Below, in pieces: positions 9,544 through 19,082 of a stretch of DNA of 64,000 nt (its first letter is position 1; each line of letters opens with the position of its first letter). The position numbers were made by a program, and so were the translations under genes. The notes below the pieces were generated by a model, which saw nothing but the letters and a program-made list of their open reading frames with translations, was not told the origin of the DNA and did not search any database. Source of the DNA: Candidatus Deferrimicrobiaceae bacterium (GTDB lineage Bacteria; Desulfobacterota; Deferrimicrobia; Deferrimicrobiales; Deferrimicrobiaceae). Location: assembly GCA_963792415.1 (NCBI GenBank), contig CAWBVY010000004.1, positions 384,001 to 448,000 on the forward strand, read 5' to 3'.

Positions 9544-10578
9544 TCAGAACCCCGCGGCGCGGTTGAGCTCCGAAAGGAGCTGCTTCTCGCTCACGTTGTG
9601 CATCATCGCGCTCTGCTTCACGGACTCGGTCGCCTGCCCGGGGCAGGAGAAGCAGCCGTCTCCGTAATATTTGCGGAAGACCTTCTCCGTCTCGGGGTAC
9701 GCCCCGAGGATTTCGCCGAGGATGTGGTCCGCCCCGATCGTCTCCCCCCTCGAGAGCTTCCCCTTCTTCGCCTTCCCGGCGGGTTTCCCCTCCGTAGCGC
9801 CGGAAGCGGCAGCGCCGGGAAAGGCTACCGGTGCGGAGGAGGGCGCTATCGCCTCGTTCAGCTCCGACACCATGTAGTCGAGGTCCACGTTGTGCCGCTG
9901 GCACGCCATCCGCAAGGTGATCGGCATCTGCTTCACCTGCTCGCGGTGCTCCGGGTTCGCGAGCGAGGCGAAGCCGTGCCCCACGAAGGCGTCGACGGTC
10001 TCCGGCCACCGGGTGAGGATCTCGCCCACCCGCATGTCCGGATCGATCCGCGGCGCGTCCCGGGGTTTCGTCGCGGACACGGGCTTGCCCTCCGGCTTGT
10101 CCTCCGAAGCTGCCTTGGCAGCGGAGGAGGAAGCGGAGGAAGTTCCAGCGGAGGTTGATGTTTTCTCCGCGAAGGAGGGCTCCTCCTCTTCCTCCGGTTT
10201 GGGCTCGATCAGCATCGTCGCCCCGAGGTTCACGGCGAACATGCCGGCCGAAAGGACCGACAGGGCCGAGAAGAGGATGAAGCCGTTGGAGGGCAGCGAA
10301 GGCGCGGTGGCCACCATCCCGATCAGCCCGATGTTCGCGAGGAAGAAGTGGATGGGGACCCAGGACGGCCAGCGCAGCGTGCGCCCGTTGAACCGGGGCA
10401 GGATGAAGTACCCGACACCGTAGATCATCATCGACATGAACCCCAGCAGGTTGAAGTGAACGTGGGCGAAACGCACCCATCCCGCCCCGTCCGCCCCGCC
10501 CATCCAGATCCCGAGGACGGCGGCCAGGAAGAAGTAGACGAGCGACGCGACCACGAATCCTTTGGTGTACCGGTCCAT
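9544..10578 (-). CDS. Membrane protein: N-terminal ~4-TM domain (HVHFNLLG) plus two DUF1858-like domains
   Basis: Hydrophobic N-terminus; two repeats of I..DM.VGEIL..WPET..F / ILGEIL..YPETEKVF, the second with CFSCPG. Confidence 0.75.
   Translation of the reverse strand: MDRYTKGFVVASLVYFFLAAVLGIWMGGADGAGWVRFAHVHFNLLGFMSMMIYGVGYFILPRFNGRTLRWPSWVPIHFFLANIGLIGMVATAPSLPSNGFILFSALSVLSAGMFAVNLGATMLIEPKPEEEEEPSFAEKTSTSAGTSSASSSAAKAASEDKPEGKPVSATKPRDAPRIDPDMRVGEILTRWPETVDAFVGHGFASLANPEHREQVKQMPITLRMACQRHNVDLDYMVSELNEAIAPSSAPVAFPGAAASGATEGKPAGKAKKGKLSRGETIGADHILGEILGAYPETEKVFRKYYGDGCFSCPGQATESVKQSAMMHNVSEKQLLSELNRAAGF
10080..10142 (-). repeat. 63-bp nested palindromic element, in-frame intragenic copy
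   Basis: Inverted copy of 9476-9538; encodes SSASSSAAKAASEDKPEGKP in the linker of the 9544-10578 CDS. Confidence 0.9.
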
Positions 10579-10661
10579 CGATCCCCTCGCTGTTGTTCTG
10601 ATTCCCGGAATGGCGCTTCCCCGGGTACTGATGAGGATGCCGGAAAGCGGGGCCGGGTTCC

Positions 10662-10675
10662 TTGACGTCGGTCAA
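10662..10675. promoter_or_regulatory. FNR/DNR/NnrR-type box upstream of the DUF1858 gene
   Basis: TTGAC-GTCG-GTCAA. A minus-strand -10-like CATCCT at 10634-10639 gives class II geometry. Confidence 0.7.
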
Positions 10676-10712
10676 GGGCCCCGGCCCCGGAAATCCCGTG
10701 CCGTTCGCCGCC

Positions 10713-12041
10713 TTATGCCTGGGCTTTCGCCGGCCGCAACGTGAAGAGGTCCACGACGGTGGTGAGCAGTCCCGCCAGGAAGAAGACGCCCGCCAGCATG
10801 GTGACCCCCATCCAGAGCCGCATGTACCCCTGGGCTACCATGTACCCCATGCCGAGCACCCGCTCGATGTAGCTTTGCAGGACTCCCGCCACGCCGAAGG
10901 TCAGCCCCATGATCATCATGGCGGAGCACATCGTCCAGAAGCCGATCTTCCCCCGGCGGTCGTCGTACACCGCGATCCCCTTCATCTTCGGCATCGCGTA
11001 GTAGAACGTCATCAGGTTCAGCAGCGCGTAGGCGCCGAAGAAGGCGAGATGGCCGTGCGATACGGTGACCTGGGAGCCGTGCGTGTAGTAGTTGATCTGC
11101 GGGAGCGTGTGCGCGAAGCCCCACACGCCGGCGCCGATGAAGTGCAGCACCGCGCAGCCGATGGCGTACGTCCAGGTGAGGGGGTTGACGATCTTCTCCT
11201 TCCGCTTCTTCACGTGGTGCATCGTGTCGAAGACCATCAGGATGATCGGCACCGGCTCGAGGGCCGAGAAGATCCCCCCGACCCACAGCCAGTATCTCGG
11301 CGCACCGAGCCAGTAGTAATGGTGCCCGGTTCCGGCCAGCCCGGTGAACAGGAAGAGGCCGATCTCGACGTAGAGCCACTTCTCCACGACCTCGCGCTCG
11401 ACGCCGGTGAGCTTCAAGAGGACGAAGGCGAAGATCGACGCGGTGACGAGCTCCCAGGCTCCCTCCACCCACAGGTGGATCACCCACCACCAGTAGTACC
11501 AGTCGATGACGAGGTTCCGGTAGAAGGGGATCCCGAAGAGATACAGAAGTGCGAGGAAGACCAGCCCCCCGAGGAGCGTCCCCTGGATCGCCGTCCAGTT
11601 TTTCGCCTTGAGCATCGTCATGCCGACGTTGAACAGGAAGACGAGCGCACCGATGACCACGACGAAGTCGAGCGCCATCGGGATCTCCAGGAGCGGCCGC
11701 CCCTGCGTCCACCCGAAGAGGAACCCCACGATGGCGGTCACCCCCGTGACGAGAAGGGCGATCAGCTGGAACCAGGCGAGTTTCTCGGAGTAGATCTCCG
11801 ACTTCGTCTCCTCGGGGATGATGTAGTAGGTGCCGCCCATGAAGCCGAGGAGCATCCACAGGACGAGGAGGTTGGTGTGGATCGCGCGGGCCGTCGAGAA
11901 CGGGAAGACGTTCACGATCGACTGCGGGATGGTGAAGGTGTAGTTTGCCGCCAGCCAAAGCCCCACGACGACCTGGAGCACGAACAGCGGGAGCGCGGCC
12001 GCGAAGTACCAGTAGGCGATCTTCTGGGAACGGTATTCCAT
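10713..12041 (-). CDS. norB: Nitric oxide reductase large subunit (cNOR)
   Basis: RAIHTN, WWVIHLWVEG, GHHYYW, SALEPVP and HGHLAFFG motifs; multiple TM helices. Confidence 0.93.
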   Translation of the reverse strand: MEYRSQKIAYWYFAAALPLFVLQVVVGLWLAANYTFTIPQSIVNVFPFSTARAIHTNLLVLWMLLGFMGGTYYIIPEETKSEIYSEKLAWFQLIALLVTGVTAIVGFLFGWTQGRPLLEIPMALDFVVVIGALVFLFNVGMTMLKAKNWTAIQGTLLGGLVFLALLYLFGIPFYRNLVIDWYYWWWVIHLWVEGAWELVTASIFAFVLLKLTGVEREVVEKWLYVEIGLFLFTGLAGTGHHYYWLGAPRYWLWVGGIFSALEPVPIILMVFDTMHHVKKRKEKIVNPLTWTYAIGCAVLHFIGAGVWGFAHTLPQINYYTHGSQVTVSHGHLAFFGAYALLNLMTFYYAMPKMKGIAVYDDRRGKIGFWTMCSAMMIMGLTFGVAGVLQSYIERVLGMGYMVAQGYMRLWMGVTMLAGVFFLAGLLTTVVDLFTLRPAKAQA

Positions 12042-12051
12042 CGGGGCCTCC

Positions 12052-12756
12052 TTATTTCAGGGTCGCGAGGAAGCTGGCCACTTCGTCCAGCTCCCGCTCG
12101 GAGAGGTTGTCCTTCTGCGACGGCATCTTGGAATTCGGGTCGACGCCCTTGGGATTGCGGATGTACTTGCCGATCTCCTCCGCCGTCATCCCCGCCCCGA
12201 TCTTGTCGAGCGCCGGTCCGAACGTCCCGCCCGTCCCATGGAGGGAGTGGCAGTTCATGCACCCCTTCGTCTGGAAGACGGCGGCGCCCGGCGACACCCC
12301 CACCTTGGCCATCATCATCTGCTCGCCCCTCGACAGGCGCTTCTTGCTGTCCTGCGGAGGCCAGTCGTTGTTGTTGATCTCCCCGACCCAGGTGAAGAAG
12401 GCGATGAGATCGGTGATCTCCTGGTCCGTGACGCCCTGGTTCGGCATCTTCCGCGGGGAGTTGGCGAACGCGATCTCGGGCGACTTCACCCGGTAGCGGA
12501 TCCCCTCCTCGCCGACCCGCTGGACCACCTTCGTCAGGTCCGGCGCGTAGTAGCCGCCGAAGCCCAGGATCGTGTGGCAGTCGTTGCAGTTGTACTTCTC
12601 GAACGCCCGTTTCCCCGCCACGACCTGGTCGGACAGCTTGTCCACGTGGGACAGCGTGGTGACCTGCCGCTGGGTGTCGTACGTGGCCCACAGGAACAGG
12701 GCCGCAGAAGAGAGCGTGCCGATCAGGAAAATCCAGAAGGCGGTCTTCTTTGTCAT
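12052..12756 (-). CDS. norC: Nitric oxide reductase cytochrome c subunit, diheme
   Basis: N-terminal TM, CNDCHTILG.G.YYAPDLTK NorC signature, second CMNCH domain; upstream of norB. Confidence 0.88.
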   Translation of the reverse strand: MTKKTAFWIFLIGTLSSAALFLWATYDTQRQVTTLSHVDKLSDQVVAGKRAFEKYNCNDCHTILGFGGYYAPDLTKVVQRVGEEGIRYRVKSPEIAFANSPRKMPNQGVTDQEITDLIAFFTWVGEINNNDWPPQDSKKRLSRGEQMMMAKVGVSPGAAVFQTKGCMNCHSLHGTGGTFGPALDKIGAGMTAEEIGKYIRNPKGVDPNSKMPSQKDNLSERELDEVASFLATLK

Positions 12757-12872
12757 CCTTCCCCTCCCGAAGGTACCCGGCGATCAAGCCGCCGGCGTCT
12801 GGTTAGGTTCCTCCCGCCACGACGCTTCCGATCCGTTGAAGGTCATGCTACGGGTCGCGGACCGGGCCTGCA

Positions 12873-12886
12873 TTGATGCAGGTCAA
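12873..12886. promoter_or_regulatory. FNR/DNR/NnrR-type box upstream of norC
   Basis: TTGAT-GCAG-GTCAA. A minus-strand -10 TAGCAT at 12845-12850 places the box centre near -41.5. Confidence 0.75.
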
Positions 12887-12961
12887 GAAGGGAAAAATCA
12901 CGGAAAGGCTCGAGGAGAACCGTGTATCATCAGGAGAAATCGCCGGAGGAAGGGCGCCAGG

Positions 12962-14350
12962 ATGACACGGTACCGGGTCGAAAAGGATTCGATGGGCGAA
13001 GTCCGCGTCCCGGCGAAGGCGTATTACGGGGCGCAGTCGCAGCGGGCGGTGGAGAATTTCCCCGTGAGCGGGCACGGGATGCCGATGTCCGTGGTCCACG
13101 CCGTAGCGCTGGTGAAAGGGCTCGCGGCGGAGGTCAACGCGGGGCTCGGGATCCTCCCGTCCCCGCTGGCGGAGGCGATCTCCCGCGCCGCACGGGAAGT
13201 CCTCGAGGGGAAGTTCGACGACCAGTTCGTGGTCGACGTCTTCCAGACCGGCTCCGGCACCTCCACGAACATGAACGTGAACGAGGTCCTGGCGAACCGG
13301 GCGAACGAACTGCTCGGGAAGCCGCTGGGGGGGAACGCCCCGGTCCACCCGAACGACCACGTGAACCGGTGCCAGTCGAGCAACGACGTGATCCCGTCGG
13401 CGATCCGGATCGCGGCGCGCCGGGAACTTTCGGACCGGCTCCTCCCGGCGCTCGCCGCGCTGCGGGACGCCCTCTCCGGGAAGGCGGCGGAGTTCTCCGA
13501 CGTCCTGAAGATCGGGAGAACCCACTTGCAAGATGCCGTTCCGGTGACGCTGGGGCAGGAGTTCTCGGGGTACGCCTCCCAGGTCGACCACGGGATCCGG
13601 CGCGTCCGGGCGACGTTCGCGGACCTCGAAGAGCTGCCGCTCGGCGGCACCGCCGTGGGGACGGGGTTGAACGCCCACCCGGAGTTCGGCGCGCGGACGA
13701 TCGCGGAGATCGCCCGCGCCACCGGGATTCCGTTCCGTCCGGCGGAGAACCGGTTCGAGGCGATGGGGGCGCAGGATCCGCTCGTTTCGGCGAGCGGCGC
13801 GCTGAAGGGCGTGGCGGCGTCCCTGATGAAGATCGCCCACGACCTGCGGCTCCTGTCGTCCGGCCCCCGGTGCGGGATCGGCGAGATCTCCCTGCCGCCG
13901 CTGCAGCCCGGCTCCTCCATCATGCCGGGGAAGGTCAACCCGGTGATCCTGGAGGTGGCGATCCAGGTGGCGGCGCAGGTGGTCGGGAACGACGCGGCGG
14001 TGACCCTCGGCGGCGGGTTGGGGGTGCTCGAACTGAACGTGATGCTGCCGGTGATGGCGCGCAACCTGCTCGAATCGGTCGGGCTCCTTTCCGCGTCGAC
14101 GACGATGCTCGCTTCAAGGTGCGTCGCCGGGATCGGGCCGAACCGGAATCGATGCGCGGAGCTGATCGAGCAGAGTCTCGCGATGGTGACGCCGCTGGCG
14201 GTGCGGATCGGCTACGACAAGGCGGCGGAGCTTGCCCACGAGGCGTACCATACGGGGAAGACGATCCGGGCATTGCTTGTGGATAAAGGGGTTCTCCCCG
14301 CGGACGAGATCGATCGGGTCCTCGACCCGCGGACGATGATCGGGGAGTAG
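12962..14350 (+). CDS. fumC: Class II fumarate hydratase
   Basis: RVEKDSMG, FQTGSGTSTNMN, GRTHLQDA and GSSIMPGKVNP signature. Confidence 0.93.
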   Translation: MTRYRVEKDSMGEVRVPAKAYYGAQSQRAVENFPVSGHGMPMSVVHAVALVKGLAAEVNAGLGILPSPLAEAISRAAREVLEGKFDDQFVVDVFQTGSGTSTNMNVNEVLANRANELLGKPLGGNAPVHPNDHVNRCQSSNDVIPSAIRIAARRELSDRLLPALAALRDALSGKAAEFSDVLKIGRTHLQDAVPVTLGQEFSGYASQVDHGIRRVRATFADLEELPLGGTAVGTGLNAHPEFGARTIAEIARATGIPFRPAENRFEAMGAQDPLVSASGALKGVAASLMKIAHDLRLLSSGPRCGIGEISLPPLQPGSSIMPGKVNPVILEVAIQVAAQVVGNDAAVTLGGGLGVLELNVMLPVMARNLLESVGLLSASTTMLASRCVAGIGPNRNRCAELIEQSLAMVTPLAVRIGYDKAAELAHEAYHTGKTIRALLVDKGVLPADEIDRVLDPRTMIGE

Positions 14351-14438
14351 CCCCGGTCCCCGGTTCTTTTCCGCGGAGGTCGGGCCTTTCGTGGACGAAC
14401 CTCCGGTTCCTTCGCGGAGCTTCGGTGCCGTATGCCGG

Positions 14439-15377
14439 TCACGGGGTGAGGCCCGCCAGGAAGATATCGACCAGTTCCGGATCGAGGGCGGCTCCCCGGA
14501 GCACCCCCATCACGCGCATCACTTCCTCCCGCTCGTATCCCTTGGCGTACGGGCGGTCCGACGACATTGCGTCGAAGATGTCCGCCACCGCGATAATACG
14601 CGCCTCGAGAGGGATCTCCGTCCCCTTCGCGCCCGTGGGATACCCCCGGCCGTCGAACCGCTCGTGGTGGTAGAGGATGATGTTGATGACCTCCTCGGGA
14701 AGGTTCGCCAGGCGTCCGACTTCGGCGCCCCACTCCGGATGCTTCCTGATCACCTCGAAATCCGCCGTGGACAGCTTCCCCGGGCGATTGAGGATCGCCT
14801 CCGGAACGTTGATCTTGCCGCAGTCGTGTAGCCAGCTTCCGAGCCGGATCGCCCGCCGCGTCTCCTCCGGGAGGGACAGCCCCTCGGCGATCTTCAGGGC
14901 GAACGCCGCCATGCGATCGCAATGTCCCCGGGTGTACGGGTCCCTGAGTTCGATCGTCTCGGCGATCGAGTGCAGGGTGGCTTCGTCCCCGTGGCGCAGG
15001 GAGCGCACCATCCGGTACCGCCACAACCCCTCCTCGACGGTGCGGACGATCTCCTCGTCCACCCACGGCTTCCCCTGGAAGCGGGACACCTCTCCCCGGG
15101 CGATCGCCTTGTTCGCGGCAGGCAGGTCGGCGGTCTCCGTCAGGAGGACCCTCACGGTGTCGGGCGAGAGATCCCGCACCCGCGAGAGAAGATCGACTCC
15201 GCGCGTCCCCGGCAAGAGGTCGTCGGAGACGACGACCGCCACCGGCTCCCTCCGCACGATCCCGATCGCCTCCTCCCCGTTCCCGGCGCGCAGGACCCGC
15301 ACGTCCCGGTTCAGGAACAGGCGCGCCAGCGCGTCCAGGGTGTTCGCCTCGACGACGAGGAGGATGGTGTTATCCAT
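14439..15377 (-). CDS. Response regulator receiver + HD-GYP phosphodiesterase
   Basis: N-terminal REC-like domain (VVVSD, KPW); LHDCGK, HHERFDGRGYP, DAMSSDRPY. Confidence 0.88.
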   Translation of the reverse strand: MDNTILLVVEANTLDALARLFLNRDVRVLRAGNGEEAIGIVRREPVAVVVSDDLLPGTRGVDLLSRVRDLSPDTVRVLLTETADLPAANKAIARGEVSRFQGKPWVDEEIVRTVEEGLWRYRMVRSLRHGDEATLHSIAETIELRDPYTRGHCDRMAAFALKIAEGLSLPEETRRAIRLGSWLHDCGKINVPEAILNRPGKLSTADFEVIRKHPEWGAEVGRLANLPEEVINIILYHHERFDGRGYPTGAKGTEIPLEARIIAVADIFDAMSSDRPYAKGYEREEVMRVMGVLRGAALDPELVDIFLAGLTP

Positions 15378-15431
15378 TGACTGCCTCCTTGTGCACGACG
15401 AGGATTACGCACCGGGTCGGTTCTCCCATCG

Positions 15432-17126
15432 TCAGGCCTCCTCCACCACGGGGATCCGCACGGTGAACACGGTTCCCCCGCCGGGTTCGCTCCGCACCGT
15501 GATCTCCCCGTTGTGGTTCCTCACGATGTCGTAGGTGATGCTCAGTCCCAGCCCCGATCCCTTGCCGGCCTCCTTCGTTGTGAAGAAGGGCTCGAAGATC
15601 CGGTCCAGGTTCGCCTCCGGGATCCCCGGGCCGGTGTCGGCTACGGAGACGCAGACGTACCCGTCCTCCTCACGGGAGCGGACGGTGATGATCCCCCGGT
15701 CTTGGATGGCGTGCGCGGCGTTGACCAGCAGGTTCGTGAAGACCTGGTTCATCAGCTGGGGGTAGCAGCGGGTTGTCGGGATCTCCCCCAGTTCCTTCTT
15801 CAGGGTCGCCTTCTGCTTGATCTCGTTCCAGGCGATGCTGATCGCGCTCCGGAGGCACGCGTTGATGTCGGCCTTCCTGTAATCGCTTTCGTCCGCGCGG
15901 GAGAAGCCCTGCAGTTCCGAAATGATGCCTCGGATGCGCTCCGCCCCCTCCATCGACTCGCGGACCAGGTCTTCGAGATCCTTCAAGATGTAGTCGATCT
16001 TGAGGCCGGCCTGCTGCTGCCGGACCGATTCGACCTGTTCCTGCGGCGCGCCGGCGGCGATGCACGCGGACTGGGCCGCGAGGAACGCCTCGATGCGCGA
16101 CAGGTATTTCCCGAGGGTGGAGAGGTTGCTGCTGATGAAGCCGATCGGGTTGCCGATCCCGTGGGCAATCCCGGACGCGAGTTGCCCGATCGACGCCATC
16201 TTCTCCTGATGGAGGACCTTGGCCTGGCTGCGCTTGAGCGCGGCCAGCGCCTCGTTCAGCCGGAGATTCTTCCGGGTGAGCTCCTCGGCGGCCTTCTTCA
16301 TCCCCGTAGCGTCGTGGATGGTGACGATCGTCCCCCGGGTGCCGGAATCCGGGACCTCCTCGAACGGATAGGGACTCAGCACGAACCACTTTCCGGTCCG
16401 TGCGTGGAAGCAATCCACAGGCTTCCCGAGGGAGAGCCCGGCGTCGAGGCCGGCTTCCGAAAGGAGCCGGTCGAACGGTTGCCCGAGGATCTCCGCGTGC
16501 GTCCGTCCGACGAATTCCCGGAACGTCCGGTTGCACCGCCGGATCCGGCGGTGCGAATCGGCCAGGAACAGCATGTCTTCGACGCGGTCTACCGTTCCTT
16601 CCCACTCCTCCTTTCCCGTCGCCACCAGCCGGTGCACGCGGGAGAGTTCGTCGTGCTTCTCCTGGAGTTCCGTGAGCCGCTCCGAGACGCTCTCCGCGTT
16701 CCACGACACGCAGGAGGCGACTTCGTTCCGATCGAAGAACCGCTCGATGTACCGAAGGAGTTCCTCTTCCTCCTCGCGCGGAAGCCCGGCGGTCCGGACC
16801 AGGTCGAGGTACGCCTGGCGGAAAAACTTGACGAGCCCGAGGAAGATCCCGAGAGGCATCCCCTCGCGGCGGCGCTTGCGCGCCTCGACGACGGCGAACG
16901 CGGAGAGTCCGGCTTCGCGGCCGACGTCGTCGGCGGTGAGCGAGGGGGGGGAGGGATCGGAGCGGAACGCCTGGAGCAGGGAGCCGGACAGCCCGCGGAG
17001 CGTGTCCCTCCACTCCTCGGGGGATCCGGGGACGAACCGGAAATATCCGTTCGCCTCGGCGAGGGAGAGGATCCTCCCGAGCAGGCGGTCCTCGTTCCGG
17101 GCGATGAGATCGGTCAGAAGCGTCAT
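15432..17126 (-). CDS. PAS-containing cytoplasmic sensor histidine kinase (NtrB-like)
   Basis: [47 protein letters not shown] 17126 overlaps the TonB stop. Confidence 0.88.
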   Translation of the reverse strand: MTLLTDLIARNEDRLLGRILSLAEANGYFRFVPGSPEEWRDTLRGLSGSLLQAFRSDPSPPSLTADDVGREAGLSAFAVVEARKRRREGMPLGIFLGLVKFFRQAYLDLVRTAGLPREEEEELLRYIERFFDRNEVASCVSWNAESVSERLTELQEKHDELSRVHRLVATGKEEWEGTVDRVEDMLFLADSHRRIRRCNRTFREFVGRTHAEILGQPFDRLLSEAGLDAGLSLGKPVDCFHARTGKWFVLSPYPFEEVPDSGTRGTIVTIHDATGMKKAAEELTRKNLRLNEALAALKRSQAKVLHQEKMASIGQLASGIAHGIGNPIGFISSNLSTLGKYLSRIEAFLAAQSACIAAGAPQEQVESVRQQQAGLKIDYILKDLEDLVRESMEGAERIRGIISELQGFSRADESDYRKADINACLRSAISIAWNEIKQKATLKKELGEIPTTRCYPQLMNQVFTNLLVNAAHAIQDRGIITVRSREEDGYVCVSVADTGPGIPEANLDRIFEPFFTTKEAGKGSGLGLSITYDIVRNHNGEITVRSEPGGGTVFTVRIPVVEEA

Positions 17127-17878
17127 CGCGTCGTCAGCCTGTAGACGACCGGGGTGATGACTTCCGCCTCGACCGGGGACGGGGGAAAGGGGGAGGCGTT
17201 CCGGACCGCGTCGATCGCTCCCCGGTCGAGGGCGGCGTGCCCCGAGCCCTGCACGACCCGCACGTCCCGCACCGAGCCGTCCGAGAGAAGCTGGAAGGAC
17301 ACCACGACTTTCCCCTCCCACCCCATTCTGCGCGCCGTTGCCGGGTAGGCGATCGCGCCCTGGATCGCGTCGCGGATCCAGGCGAAGTCCGCCGACGGGG
17401 GAGGCGGTGCACCCGATATCCCCGGCAAACCCCCAGCGGCAGCCTTGACGGGACCCTGGCCTGTCGGGGCCGGGGTTGCGGCAGGGGCTGCGGCAGGAGC
17501 GTGCGGAGGTCCGGGGACGGGGGCGCCCATTTTTTCAGCCACCGCCACCGGGCTCGCCGGCGCGGTCGCTTCGGGCGGATTCGCGACGGGCGGCAAGGCG
17601 GGAAGGGTGGGCGGTTCCGGGAGGACGTCCGTCCCCGGGACCCGTGACGGTTTCACGGAGGCAGTGAAGGAGGGCGGGACCGGGCGCCTGGCGATTCCGG
17701 CGGGAGGCAGGAGAGTGAGGTCGATCACCAGCGGGGTCGCCTTCGGGGGGCCGGGGAGTGCGACGACCATCGCCGCCCCGACGAAGAGGTGCAGGAAGAG
17801 GGACGCCCCCGCCCCTTTCCAGGCGGCTCCGGCCGTCCAGCCCCGCGGCACGGGGACGCTCTCCCGCTGCCTCATCAT
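17123..17878 (-). CDS. TonB family energy transducer
   Basis: SLFLH TM anchor, Pro/Ala-rich linker, YPATARRMGWEGKVVV and SG...LD..A C-terminal domain. Confidence 0.85.
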   Translation of the reverse strand: MMRQRESVPVPRGWTAGAAWKGAGASLFLHLFVGAAMVVALPGPPKATPLVIDLTLLPPAGIARRPVPPSFTASVKPSRVPGTDVLPEPPTLPALPPVANPPEATAPASPVAVAEKMGAPVPGPPHAPAAAPAATPAPTGQGPVKAAAGGLPGISGAPPPPSADFAWIRDAIQGAIAYPATARRMGWEGKVVVSFQLLSDGSVRDVRVVQGSGHAALDRGAIDAVRNASPFPPSPVEAEVITPVVYRLTTR

Positions 17879-17899
17879 CCCTCCCTGTTGTGCCGATCC

Positions 17900-19078
17900 C
17901 TACCGGATTCTCTCATACTTTTCAGGGCGCAGGAGGAGCAGGAGCGCCGCGGCGAGGAGGGCGAGCCCCGCGCTGACGCCGAAAGCCGCGGAGGCGCCGT
18001 AGGCGTTCCACAGGAGGCCGAAGAGGACGCTCGCGGGGAGGGCGGAGATGCCGGTGACGAGATGGAACCATCCGAACGCCGTCCCCCTCCGGTCGGTCGG
18101 GACGAAATCGGCCACCATCGCCCGCTCGGCGCCCTCGCACGCCGCTGCGTAGAGCCCGTACAGCAGGAAGACGGCGACGGTTGCCCCCGCGCCGCGAACG
18201 ACGGAGAACGCCGCGTAGCACGCGGCGTACACGCACCAGCCGGCCGCCACCACCCACTTCCGGGGGATCCGGTCTGAGAGTGCGCCCGCGGGGACGGAGA
18301 GGGACGATTTCACCACGTGGAACGCCCCCCACAGCAGCGGGACGTACCGGACGGGGACGCCCGCGTCCACGGCCCGCAGAATCAGGAAGGCGTCGCTCGC
18401 GTTCCCGAGGGTGAACAGGCCGACGAGGAGCAGGTATCGGCGGAACGCAGGCGATAGGCCGTCGCTGCGCAGCACGCTCCCCGCGTGGGGCGGAGCCCCC
18501 GCTGCGGGGGCGTCGCGGACCAGGAGCGCGAGGACGGCCACCGCCGCCAGGCCCGGCACGATCGACAGGAGGAAGACGGAGCGGAGGGAGATCCCGCCCG
18601 CCAGGAGGAGGAACGCCGCCACGGGCCCGAGCACCGCCCCGAGGTGGTCCATCCCCCGCTGCAGCCCGAACGCCTTCCCGCGCTGCTCGGCGGGGACGTA
18701 CGCGGCGACCAGCGCGTCCCTCGGCGAGGTCCGCACCCCTTTCCCGATCCGGTCGCAGAACCGCACGGCGAGGACGTGCCCCCACCCGGTGGCGAATCCG
18801 ACGAGCGGCCGGGCAAGGGTGGAGAGGCCGTACCCGGCGAGAACCAGCGGCTTCTTCCTCCCGCTCCGGTCGGACCAGGCGCCGGAGAAGAGCTTGAGCA
18901 GGCTCGCCGTCGTCTCCGCGACCCCCTCGATCAGTCCGAGGGCGGCGGGGCCGGCGGCCAGGGAGGTGACGAGGAACACCGGCAGGAGCGGGTAGATCAT
19001 CTCGCTCGACAGGTCGGTGAGGAGGCTCACCATCCCGATGGCGACGACGTTCCGGTGCAGCTTCCCGCGTTCCATCAT
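17900..19078 (-). CDS. MFS transporter
   Basis: DLSSEMIYPLLP, GAWSDRSGRKK, DRIGKGVRTSPRDAL; ~12 hydrophobic segments. Confidence 0.9.
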   Translation of the reverse strand: MMERGKLHRNVVAIGMVSLLTDLSSEMIYPLLPVFLVTSLAAGPAALGLIEGVAETTASLLKLFSGAWSDRSGRKKPLVLAGYGLSTLARPLVGFATGWGHVLAVRFCDRIGKGVRTSPRDALVAAYVPAEQRGKAFGLQRGMDHLGAVLGPVAAFLLLAGGISLRSVFLLSIVPGLAAVAVLALLVRDAPAAGAPPHAGSVLRSDGLSPAFRRYLLLVGLFTLGNASDAFLILRAVDAGVPVRYVPLLWGAFHVVKSSLSVPAGALSDRIPRKWVVAAGWCVYAACYAAFSVVRGAGATVAVFLLYGLYAAACEGAERAMVADFVPTDRRGTAFGWFHLVTGISALPASVLFGLLWNAYGASAAFGVSAGLALLAAALLLLLRPEKYERIR

Positions 19079-19082
19079 CCCC

